64,000 bases of DNA from an uncultured bacterium (lineage in GTDB: Bacteria; Chlamydiota; Chlamydiia; Chlamydiales; SM23-39): NCBI GenBank assembly GCA_963716985.1, contig OY970323.1:160001-224000 (forward strand), given 5' to 3'. The position numbers and the translations under genes are program-made. Positions within the stretch are counted from its first letter, which is position 1. Each line of letters opens with the position of its first letter. Positions 55,814 to 64,000 of this stretch are shown in pieces. Under the pieces are notes generated by a model, which ran no database searches, was not told the origin of the DNA, and worked only from the letters and a program-made list of their open reading frames with translations.

Positions 55814-58482
55814 TCTGCCCAATTTTTTCCTATTTCTATATCTACCAAGAGCGGTATTTTTAAAGAAAACACATGCTCCATTTTTTCATGGACAATTTCT
55901 TGAAAGAAGGAAATTTCCTCATCGGGAATTTCAAAGATCAGCTCATCATGGATTTGTAGGATCATAAAACCTTTGCAATTTTTTTCTTGAAGAGCCCTAT
56001 CGATATCGATCATGGAGATTTTAATGAGGTCGGCAGCGGTCCCTTGAAGAGGGGTGTTAATGGCAAGCCTTTGCGCAGCGGCCCGAACGGCCGGATTTTT
56101 ATTATGGATTTCCGGTATCGGCCTTTGCCTTCCCGTGATGGTTTTGACCATGCCCGTTTTTTCGGCGAGCTGTTTCGAAGATTCTAAGTAATCGGAGATT
56201 TTTGGGTATCGTTGAAAATAGGTCTCAATGAAAAGAGAGGCCTCTTTTTGGGAAATGCCAAGCTCTTGGGAAAGCCCGTAAGGACCCTGCCCATAGAGAA
56301 TGCCAAAGTTCACTGTTTTGGCAATTTGCCGCATTTCTTTTGAGACCTCTTTTTGGGGAACGTTGAAGATCAAGCTAGCGGTATGCACGTGGATATCCTG
56401 CCCTTCCCGAAAGGCTTTTTGCAGCTCGGGATCTTCGCTAAAATGGGCAAGCAGTCGAAGCTCGATTTGCGAATAGTCCGCAGATAAATAACTCCAGCCC
56501 TCTTTTTCCGGCTTAAATCCTGCGCGAATGCGCTTTCCTTCTTCGGATCTTACGGGAATGTTTTGCAAGTTGGGGTCTTGGCAAGAAAGGCGCCCCGTAG
56601 CGGTCATCGACTGGACGAAGTTGGCATGGATGCGCCCGGTTTTTGGATTGATTTGACCCGGGAGCGTTTCGACATAGGTCGAATAGAGTTTTTGCACCCC
56701 CCTGTATTGTAGAATTTTTTCCACGACGGGAGACTCGTTTTTCAGTTTTTCGAGCACGTCGGCGGCGGTGGAAAACGCGGCTCCTTTTTTCCGATGGGGA
56801 GGGGTGAGTTGCAAATCTTGATAGAGCACTTCGGAAAGCTGTTTGGGAGAGTTGAGGTTGAACTCTTTGCCCACGTCGAGAAAAATTTCTTTTTCCAATC
56901 GATGGATCTCATCTGAAAATTCAGAAGAGAGATGGGCAAAAGTTTTACGATCGATGAATATGCCGTTTTTCTCCATCTTTGCAAGCACGGGAAGTAGCGG
57001 CATCTCAATTTCATAGAGCACTTTTTGCAAAGATTTTTTTTCGATCTCTTTTTCAAAAAGCTCTTTCAAACGAATGGTGTAGTCCACATCCTCGCAGCAA
57101 TATTGAGCTACTTGATCGATCGGAACATCCTTCATGGAAAGGGCATTTTTTCCCTTAGAAATGAGATCTTCGATGGGAATTTTTGTATGGTGGAAATATT
57201 CCAGTGTCAGCTTGTCTAAATTGTGCTGTCTTGCTTGGGGCTGGAGGAGATAGGAGGCAAGAATGGTGTCAAAAGAGAGGGAAGAGAGTTCGATGCCGTG
57301 ATTGGAAAGAACATGAAGGTCATATTTGATATTGTGTCCGTAAAATCGATGGCGGGGACTTTCCAAAAGTTTTTTTAAGGAAGAGTGGAGGAGATTTTTA
57401 GGCAAAGGGCCGTTGAATGGAATGTAAAAGGCCTCTCCCCCCCGGTGTCCAAGACCGATTCCCACGAGTTCTGCTTCCATGGGGTGGACAGAGGTGGTCT
57501 CTGTGTCGAGGCAAAGCTCAGGGATCGAAGAGAGCTGTCTCATAAGCTCCAAAAAGGCCTCTTCGCTATCGATGAGAGTATAGAATTTTTTTTCTATTCG
57601 GTTCGCTTTGGGCACAATGCTTTCTTCTTGGGGGTGAAGTTCGGAGAGAAATTTTAAAAAGCGCATCTCTTGGAAGAAAGATTCCAGCCGCTTCTCATCC
57701 TTTTCTTTCAAAGCAAAGTGGTCGAGTGTTTGGGGAATGTCGACGTCCGTGTTCAAGGTGGCGAGCTTCTTACTCATCAGTGCAGTTTCTTTTTGCGCCA
57801 AAAAACTCTCCCTTTTCTTTTCTCCGGGAATTTCTTCGGGATGCTCCAAAATGTTTTCTAAAGTTTTGAGTTTCTGTAAAAGAAGCGATGCCGTTTTGGG
57901 CCCAAAACCTTCCACTCCCGGAATATTGTCCGACGCATCGCCGACGATGGCGAGATAGTCGAGCATTTGGGCGGGCAGAACGCCGAAGAGCTCTTCCACT
58001 CCCAAGGCGTCGATGATGCGATTATCTTTTTGGACGTTGAGGACAAGGATGTCATCGGAGACGAGTTGATAGAGATCCTTGTCGGTTGTGCAGAGAATGG
58101 ATTGAAGTCCCTTTTTTTGGGCCCAAAGGGCGATGGTTGCCGTGGTATCGTCGGCTTCCACTCCGGGTATGCAAAGAGCGGGAATGCCCCTCATTTCGCA
58201 ATAGTCAAAAGCCTTTTCAAATTGAGGAAAGAGATCTTCCGGCGCGCCTTTGCGATGCATCTTATATTCCGCATAGACCTGTCGTCGCGCCTCTTTGTTT
58301 CCGGGACCGTCGAAAACGGCGACCACATATTTAGGGGAAAAATCTCTGATGATTTTTTCGATGGATTGGATGAACCCGTAAAGAGCATGGGTCGACTCGC
58401 CTTTTTCGTTCGTCATAGGCCCGATGGCATAATAGGAGCGAAACAGGTAGTTCACCGCATCTATGATAAAAATTTTTTCCAT
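55807..58482 (-). CDS. polA: DNA polymerase I
   Basis: 5'-3' exonuclease (VEADD, GDASDNIPG), LDTET, TGRLSCQDPNLQNIP, ADYSQIELR, QIHDEL. Confidence 0.97.
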   Translation of the reverse strand: MEKIFIIDAVNYLFRSYYAIGPMTNEKGESTHALYGFIQSIEKIIRDFSPKYVVAVFDGPGNKEARRQVYAEYKMHRKGAPEDLFPQFEKAFDYCEMRGIPALCIPGVEADDTTATIALWAQKKGLQSILCTTDKDLYQLVSDDILVLNVQKDNRIIDALGVEELFGVLPAQMLDYLAIVGDASDNIPGVEGFGPKTASLLLQKLKTLENILEHPEEIPGEKKRESFLAQKETALMSKKLATLNTDVDIPQTLDHFALKEKDEKRLESFFQEMRFLKFLSELHPQEESIVPKANRIEKKFYTLIDSEEAFLELMRQLSSIPELCLDTETTSVHPMEAELVGIGLGHRGGEAFYIPFNGPLPKNLLHSSLKKLLESPRHRFYGHNIKYDLHVLSNHGIELSSLSFDTILASYLLQPQARQHNLDKLTLEYFHHTKIPIEDLISKGKNALSMKDVPIDQVAQYCCEDVDYTIRLKELFEKEIEKKSLQKVLYEIEMPLLPVLAKMEKNGIFIDRKTFAHLSSEFSDEIHRLEKEIFLDVGKEFNLNSPKQLSEVLYQDLQLTPPHRKKGAAFSTAADVLEKLKNESPVVEKILQYRGVQKLYSTYVETLPGQINPKTGRIHANFVQSMTATGRLSCQDPNLQNIPVRSEEGKRIRAGFKPEKEGWSYLSADYSQIELRLLAHFSEDPELQKAFREGQDIHVHTASLIFNVPQKEVSKEMRQIAKTVNFGILYGQGPYGLSQELGISQKEASLFIETYFQRYPKISDYLESSKQLAEKTGMVKTITGRQRPIPEIHNKNPAVRAAAQRLAINTPLQGTAADLIKISMIDIDRALQEKNCKGFMILQIHDELIFEIPDEEISFFQEIVHEKMEHVFSLKIPLLVDIEIGKNWAEC

Positions 58483-58507
58483 CAAGGCTCTTTGGGGACG
58501 TTCTCGT

Positions 58508-59560
58508 TCAGCGTCTTGGATCATAAAGATAAAGATAGGGGTCTTTCAGATCTGCGAGATAGTCGAGCTGAATCGTATGCGTGATCTTTCCTTGTAGTAG
58601 GGACATAGGGGGTTCGAGCAGATTTTTCAACAAACTCAAAAAGCTATATTTGGGATGCAAGGTTACCACTTGATAGGGTTTTGTTTCGTCGATATGGGCG
58701 GCTTTGAGAAGATTGGAAAGAGCTTTGTCATACGAGCTATTTGCCTCGTCGATGTAGCCGCGATTTTGCGCGCTTTGAGGATCAAAAACGTGCGCGCCAT
58801 ACTCTTGTACGAGCTTCTCTTTGTCTAAAGAGGATCTTGCAGCGCAAACAATGGAGACAAAGCGGTCGTAAAAATAGTTTTGTATTTTTTTTAAGACATC
58901 TTCTTCGCCGGGGGTCCAAGGGCGTGTGGGATTCATCATGTCCTTGTCTTTTCCCTCGCTCAATGTCATGGTTTGAATATCCCATTTCTTTAAAAGTTCG
59001 GAGACATTGAAGAAGGTTCCCATGCGCACGCCCACCGATCCAATGATGCTGACGGGGGACGCAGAGATGTTGTCTGCGGCAGAGGCAATATACATTCCGC
59101 CCGATGCGCAAAGGCCATCTACATAAGCATGGACTGGGAGGTGGTATTTTTCTTTATAGGCCATCAAGAGCCGATAGATGCCGTCGGAATCGGTCACTCC
59201 TCCTCCGGGGGTGTCTAGTTGAAGAAGAATGCCCTTGACCCGTCCCCCTTTCAAAAACCCCTTTTGAGAATCCAGAAGCTGACTCTCGATCTCGTCAGAA
59301 GTAAGGGTTGCCGTTCCAATCACTCCATGGATATCGATGCGCAAGACAACGGGAGACGTGGGAGGCAATAGTTGATCTTGTCCTTGTAAATCGGGCAGCA
59401 GGGTGACGACATGGGGTTCGGCGGGCTGTTGGTCCGGGCAGAGGAAGTTCAAGAAAAAGAGAATGGGGAGAATCGCGAAAAAAATTCCAAGAAGGGTAAA
59501 AAAAGCCTTAAAAAAGGAGCGAAGGGAAGAGAAAAAAATAGATTCTCTGGAGAACGTCAT
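58508..59560 (-). CDS. S49 family peptidase (SohB/SppA-like)
   Basis: DTPGG, CASGGMYIA, IGSVGV. Confidence 0.88.
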   Translation of the reverse strand: MTFSRESIFFSSLRSFFKAFFTLLGIFFAILPILFFLNFLCPDQQPAEPHVVTLLPDLQGQDQLLPPTSPVVLRIDIHGVIGTATLTSDEIESQLLDSQKGFLKGGRVKGILLQLDTPGGGVTDSDGIYRLLMAYKEKYHLPVHAYVDGLCASGGMYIASAADNISASPVSIIGSVGVRMGTFFNVSELLKKWDIQTMTLSEGKDKDMMNPTRPWTPGEEDVLKKIQNYFYDRFVSIVCAARSSLDKEKLVQEYGAHVFDPQSAQNRGYIDEANSSYDKALSNLLKAAHIDETKPYQVVTLHPKYSFLSLLKNLLEPPMSLLQGKITHTIQLDYLADLKDPYLYLYDPRR

Positions 59561-59646
59561 AAAAACTCATGGTTGGTTTTGGTTTCGATTATAGAAGCCT
59601 TTTTTTTTAAATTACACCATCTTCCTACAGGAAAGAAAAAAGTTTT

Positions 59647-60186
59647 TTAAGGATTGATGTTGGATGAGGAGGGGTAGGCTCTTGTTTGAAAAAGTTCTAC
59701 GAAAGCCAGAATGCTGAAAAGAACGAATAAACTATAAACGTAAATGGAAAAATGGAGCTGAAAGGTCAGGCCGAGAAGGAGGCAAAATTGCAGGGCCGTG
59801 GTTACTTTGCCCCAGCGAATCGCATGGAACACATAATTTTTCAAGCGCTTGGCGAACAAGAGATAGAGGCCAAAGAGCAAGAGGCAAAAATCTCTGGAAA
59901 TCACCAGAAGTGCCGCTATCAGGGAGATGCGCTTTTCCAGAAAAAAAACGGTGAGGACGAAATAGACAAAAAACTTATCCATAGCAGGATCCAGAATCGC
60001 GCCCAGTTTCGATGCGGAGCTTGAGCGCCTTGCGAGATATCCATCAATGCTATCGGTAAACATGGACAGGAGAATGGAAAGAGTGCGCAGGTAGATATTA
60101 TCGCTTAGAAAGAGGAATGCCAACGGGGCTCTGACTATAGAAAGAAGGTTAGAAAGTGTCAGCATCATAAAATTCACGTTATACAA
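59647..60186 (-). CDS. pgsA: CDP-alcohol phosphatidyltransferase (PgsA-like)
   Basis: TDSIDGYLARR...GAILDPAMDK. Confidence 0.88.
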   Translation of the reverse strand: MYNVNFMMLTLSNLLSIVRAPLAFLFLSDNIYLRTLSILLSMFTDSIDGYLARRSSSASKLGAILDPAMDKFFVYFVLTVFFLEKRISLIAALLVISRDFCLLLFGLYLLFAKRLKNYVFHAIRWGKVTTALQFCLLLGLTFQLHFSIYVYSLFVLFSILAFVELFQTRAYPSSSNINP

Positions 60187-60255
60187 AATGCGATTCTAAC
60201 TTCTTCTTCTTTTTTTTAATAGAAAAAGAGAGGGGATAAAGTTTGTCTTGCATTC

Positions 60256-61839
60256 TTAGGAGATCTGTCCTTCTTTGGTAGCAAGTTCTGGTTCTTTGTC
60301 GGCAGATGCGGGCAGAGGTTCTTTTTGCGCGGTGATGGCGTTGAATTGCTTCCCAAGCGAGAAGGTGGCGCCGATCCAAGCGATTACGATGAAGAAGAAA
60401 ATAATTCCTACGTAGGGTGTGGCGGCTGCGAGCGTCGATAATAAAATCAAAAGCCCTTGATGAATGACCGATCCTCCCGATTTGCCAATCCTGGAGCCCA
60501 CCCCGTCAATGGCTGCTTTTCCATTTCGCTTGCTCTCGGAGCTGAGCGGGATGAAAGCAATTTCTTTCGTAGCGTCAAAAAGAGTGTATTTTGAGGCTCT
60601 TGCCATGCAGTTTTGCATGCTGCCAAAAAAGACGCAAAGGGCCAAAGGAGAGCAGCTTAAAAAGACGGAAACCGAGGAGAGAAGGGGAGAAGATTTGAGT
60701 ACGGAGCAGAGGAAAAAGGCAGCTCCCGTGAGCAGAACGATGATCGGAGTGATGAGCGCCGTAAAAGTCCAACCAAACTTTCGAAGAAAATTGCTCGAAA
60801 CAAAAATAGCAATGGCGGTGGCAATGATTCCCATAAAGATCATGACCTGCCCCATATAAGCAAAGTAGTCCGAGGGAAGAGGATAGAGGCTCTTGACCTG
60901 ATTTTTCCAGAGAACTTCCGTCAGGTTGATGGTGATGTTATAGGCAATGACAATGATTGCAATGCAGATGAGATATTTGGACCCGGCCAGGTAAGAAAAA
61001 CTTTTTCTAAAAGAAAGTTTTTCTTTTTTGGGAGTATGTGCAGCGGGGCGTATGGCCGCTTGCTGGGGAAAAACATGGGCATGGAGGTGGCGGAAGATGA
61101 AGAGGATGACGCATCCGATAAGGAGAATGAGAATGGTCAGATAAAAGATCGATTGGTCCCAGGCGTTGTGTCCAAAGAAAAAATGGGGATTATAGGGCGT
61201 AGACGAGAGAAAGAGGGTGGCGTTGCCGGAAAAAATACTGGAGAAATTGGCGCCGACTCCAAAGAGTGGATAGAAGCGCTTCGCTTCCGAAATTAAAATT
61301 ACATCGTTGGCAAATCCCCAAAAAAGAACGGTTAAAATAAAAGTTCCCCACATTTCCGACATGACGTAGAAGAGGGTCAAAGTCCAGTTATGAAAGACGG
61401 CGATCAATCCTTTACATCCAAGGGGCAAAATGCCGCCGAGCTTATCGGCCAATGAATGGAGGTGGAGATGGTCGCGGAAGGGATAGAGAACAAAGGTGAA
61501 GAGGGCAAAAAAGGCAAGGAAGATGCAGATCATCCAATAGACCACTTTGTCTCGGGAGAAGCGGTTGGAGAGGGCGGTATAGACAAAGCTGAAAATGAAT
61601 GCCGTGGGGAGCATCACCCATACCTTAATGAAGGGCAGGACCTCGGCACCCGAGTCGGGCGCGGTCACGACAAGTGCATCTTTGACTGCGCGCAGCATGT
61701 TGTAGACAAAGGCGATCAAAAAGAAAATCACCAGCATCGGAATAAATTTTTTATACTCTCCTCCATAAATGGGCCAAAAAAGGGAACGTAGTCTTCCCGG
61801 ACCGGCTTGATTTTTATTAGCAGAGTTATTAGCGGACAT
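60256..61839 (-). CDS. NTT/TLC family nucleotide transporter (ATP/ADP translocase family)
   Basis: LRAVKD, FYVMSEMWG, FWGFAN, AKRFYPLFG, KYTLFDATKEIAFIPL, GKAAIDGVGSRIGKSGGS; about 12 TMs. Substrate cannot be assigned by eye. Confidence 0.95.
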   Translation of the reverse strand: MSANNSANKNQAGPGRLRSLFWPIYGGEYKKFIPMLVIFFLIAFVYNMLRAVKDALVVTAPDSGAEVLPFIKVWVMLPTAFIFSFVYTALSNRFSRDKVVYWMICIFLAFFALFTFVLYPFRDHLHLHSLADKLGGILPLGCKGLIAVFHNWTLTLFYVMSEMWGTFILTVLFWGFANDVILISEAKRFYPLFGVGANFSSIFSGNATLFLSSTPYNPHFFFGHNAWDQSIFYLTILILLIGCVILFIFRHLHAHVFPQQAAIRPAAHTPKKEKLSFRKSFSYLAGSKYLICIAIIVIAYNITINLTEVLWKNQVKSLYPLPSDYFAYMGQVMIFMGIIATAIAIFVSSNFLRKFGWTFTALITPIIVLLTGAAFFLCSVLKSSPLLSSVSVFLSCSPLALCVFFGSMQNCMARASKYTLFDATKEIAFIPLSSESKRNGKAAIDGVGSRIGKSGGSVIHQGLLILLSTLAAATPYVGIIFFFIVIAWIGATFSLGKQFNAITAQKEPLPASADKEPELATKEGQIS

Positions 61840-62177
61840 GGGCGGCCTGTGAATCTGTAGGGTTCATCAAAACTTTTTGAGGACAAACGAACTCTTTATA
61901 AGGAACGTGTATCTCTGAGGTAAAGGATCTGTGTGAGGCCGCATGCTCGTGCGCGAGCGGAAGGGAAGTGTGATGAAAAAAAGAAAAATCTAAACTTGCC
62001 GCCGGCAAGAAGAAATTTTTTTTACGCACGCTTTTTGTGGGCGAACCCTTATCGTAAGTGAATACCAGATTATAGTGGATGAGAGCTATTTTTCAAAGGG
62101 CTCTTTTTTCTTTAAAAAAACCCCAATTTTTTGAATATAAACATCTATTATTTTGGTATTTAAGAAAAAATGCATGT

Positions 62178-63383
62178 CTATTTTTTAATGGAAGGGCCGC
62201 TGAGAGCATCAATCCCCGGCAGATGTCCTTGTTCGATCAGTTCCAAAGAAGCTCCGCCTCCTGTAGATAGGTGGGTAAAATGAGAGGAGAGGTGCAGTTT
62301 TTCAATGGCTGCCAAAGAATCTCCCCCCCCTGCAATTGTTTCGGCAGAGAGTTCGGAGAGGGCTTTTGCGATGCAGTCTGTCCCTTTAGAAAAACGAGGA
62401 AATTCATAGACGCCAAGAGGACCGTTCCAAAAGATCGTCGCAGCGCTTTTCAGCTCTTCTTTCCAATCTTTGCAAGTTTTCGGGCCAATGTCCAATCCTT
62501 GCCAGTTGTCCGGAATGCCTTGAGAGAGTTCAATCACTTTGGACGCTGACTCGTTGTTGAAAGAATCGGCAATCACCATATCGAGGGGCAGCCGGATTTT
62601 TTCTCTGTTTTTTTTCTCTTTTAAGAGCGTCTGTATTTTAGGGATCATCTCCTTTTCCGATAGCGAATTGCCGATGGAGATATTTTCTGCTTTTAAAAAG
62701 GGAAAGGCCATTCCGCCGCCGAGAAAAAGACGATCGACTTTTTCCAAAAGTTTTAAGACGATGCCCATTTTGGAAGAAAGCTTCGATCCTCCGATGATGG
62801 CAAAGAAGGGGCGTTTGGGCTTTTCCAGAAGACCTCCTAAGTAAAGAATCTCTTTTTGCAAAAGACATCCGGCCGCAGCTTTGCCCGGAAAATATTTGGG
62901 AACTTCCGTGACGGAAGAATGGGCGCGATGTGCGGCTCCGAACGCGTCATCGACATAGAAATCGGCCAAAGAGCTCAGTGTTTTGGCAAAAGAGGGATCG
63001 ATCGCAGGGTCTTCTTCTGCGGGATAAAAACGCAGGTTTTCTAAAAGAAGAATCTCTTTGGGAAGGAGTTTTTTTGCTTTTTTTTGGGCATCTCCCATAC
63101 AGTCGCTGGCGAAGATAACCTCCTGGTGCAAAAGCTCGGATAGGTGTTTGGCGATAGGTTTTAGGGAAAGGCTTTCCTCTTTTTTTCCATCGGGCCGCCC
63201 TAAGTGGCTCATCAAGATCAAAGCGCCGCCCTTTTCCAGAATCTTTTTGATCGAAGGAAGCGTGGCTTTGATGCGGCTGTCATCGGTGATTTTTCCTTCT
63301 TTCATCGGGACGTTGAAATCCACGCGCATGAGAACTTTTTTCCCTTGGAGAGGAAGATCTTCCAATCTGAGTTTTTGCGGCAT
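62178..63383 (-). CDS. pgk: Phosphoglycerate kinase
   Basis: RVDFNVP, SHLGRP, LLENLRF, DAFGAAHRAH, WNGPLG, HLSTGGGASLE. Confidence 0.97.
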   Translation of the reverse strand: MPQKLRLEDLPLQGKKVLMRVDFNVPMKEGKITDDSRIKATLPSIKKILEKGGALILMSHLGRPDGKKEESLSLKPIAKHLSELLHQEVIFASDCMGDAQKKAKKLLPKEILLLENLRFYPAEEDPAIDPSFAKTLSSLADFYVDDAFGAAHRAHSSVTEVPKYFPGKAAAGCLLQKEILYLGGLLEKPKRPFFAIIGGSKLSSKMGIVLKLLEKVDRLFLGGGMAFPFLKAENISIGNSLSEKEMIPKIQTLLKEKKNREKIRLPLDMVIADSFNNESASKVIELSQGIPDNWQGLDIGPKTCKDWKEELKSAATIFWNGPLGVYEFPRFSKGTDCIAKALSELSAETIAGGGDSLAAIEKLHLSSHFTHLSTGGGASLELIEQGHLPGIDALSGPSIKK

Positions 63384-63602
63384 AAACGCTCCTCGATGAG
63401 TTAAAAAGATCCTAGAAAAAAACAAGGGCAAAGTCAAGAGAGTTGGAAAAGTTTTTTTCACTCAATACGATGAAGTTTTGCACAGAATGGTGTGGGTATA
63501 AAGAGTTTCTTAAGGAAACCTAAATCCTCTTTCGCAAATTTAAAAATGCCTGGAAATTCTCATTAGCGACAATCTCCGAGCAATCACAAAAATAGTTCGT
63601 TT

Positions 63603-64000
63603 TTATCGCCACAATCTGGGTAAAACATAGGAAGAAACACCAATGAATAGAGCAGAAAACACTAACAATCCAACTTTGCAAGTTTTTGAATAGGTTCTTC
63701 TGATATCAAGAGATGTGAGATACTCTACGAGCTCTCTGTTTCCGGCTGCTGCCTGTAGAAGTGTCTCGCCTCTATGATTGGCTGTATGTGGGTCTAAATG
63801 ATGGACGGTTATTAGATACTCTACAAGCTCTCTGTTTCCGCTCCGGGCTGCTGCCAATAGAATTCTCCCAATTGTCCCGCCCCATCGATCGATTGCATGT
63901 GGGTCTAAATGATGGACGGTTATTAGATACTCTACAAGCTCTCTGTTTCCGCTCCCGGCTGCTTCCACGAGAATTATCCAGTCCCGTGCATGTGGGTCTA
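63603..64000 (-). CDS. Ankyrin-repeat protein with C-terminal TM; 5' part lies beyond the window
   Basis: Repeated AAxSGNRELVEYLITVHHLDPH; frame open to base 64000; hydrophobic tail VGLLVFSALFIGVSSYVL. Confidence 0.85.
   Translation of the reverse strand, partial: DPHARDWIILVEAAGSGNRELVEYLITVHHLDPHAIDRWGGTIGRILLAAARSGNRELVEYLITVHHLDPHTANHRGETLLQAAAGNRELVEYLTSLDIRRTYSKTCKVGLLVFSALFIGVSSYVLPRLWR

Overview
64 kb of an environmental Chlamydiae-like chromosome, judged from the NTT nucleotide transporter and the chlamydia-type gene order (gspD-E-F plus pseudopilins; tatD with tolQRAB-pal-LysM; mnmG-lplA; ntt-pgsA-S49-polA-coaE-rho). Several accessory events interrupt this backbone. (1) A complete non-autonomous IscB/omegaRNA (IS200/IS605 OMEGA) element sits exactly at the ATGA stop/start overlap in front of gspD, so its guide and TAM can be read from the flanks. 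(2) A mosaic tandem-duplication zone follows the pseudopilins and holds small membrane and Pro-rich orphan genes. (3) An island encodes a secreted protein with seven near-identical 48-aa repeats, hypervariable loops and an FN3-like C-terminal domain, coupled to a small outer-membrane beta-barrel; this is a candidate two-gene surface display/secretion system. (4) DnaB carries a 152-aa mini-intein. (5) Around pip-dnaB-tRNA-Ser lie an ISNCY-like element hit by two different MITEs, a frameshifted IS66-like element and an intact IS701-like element. Two ordinary genes have single-base homopolymer frameshifts, which may be sequencing error or slippage. All family assignments come from motif recognition by eye; no searches were run.
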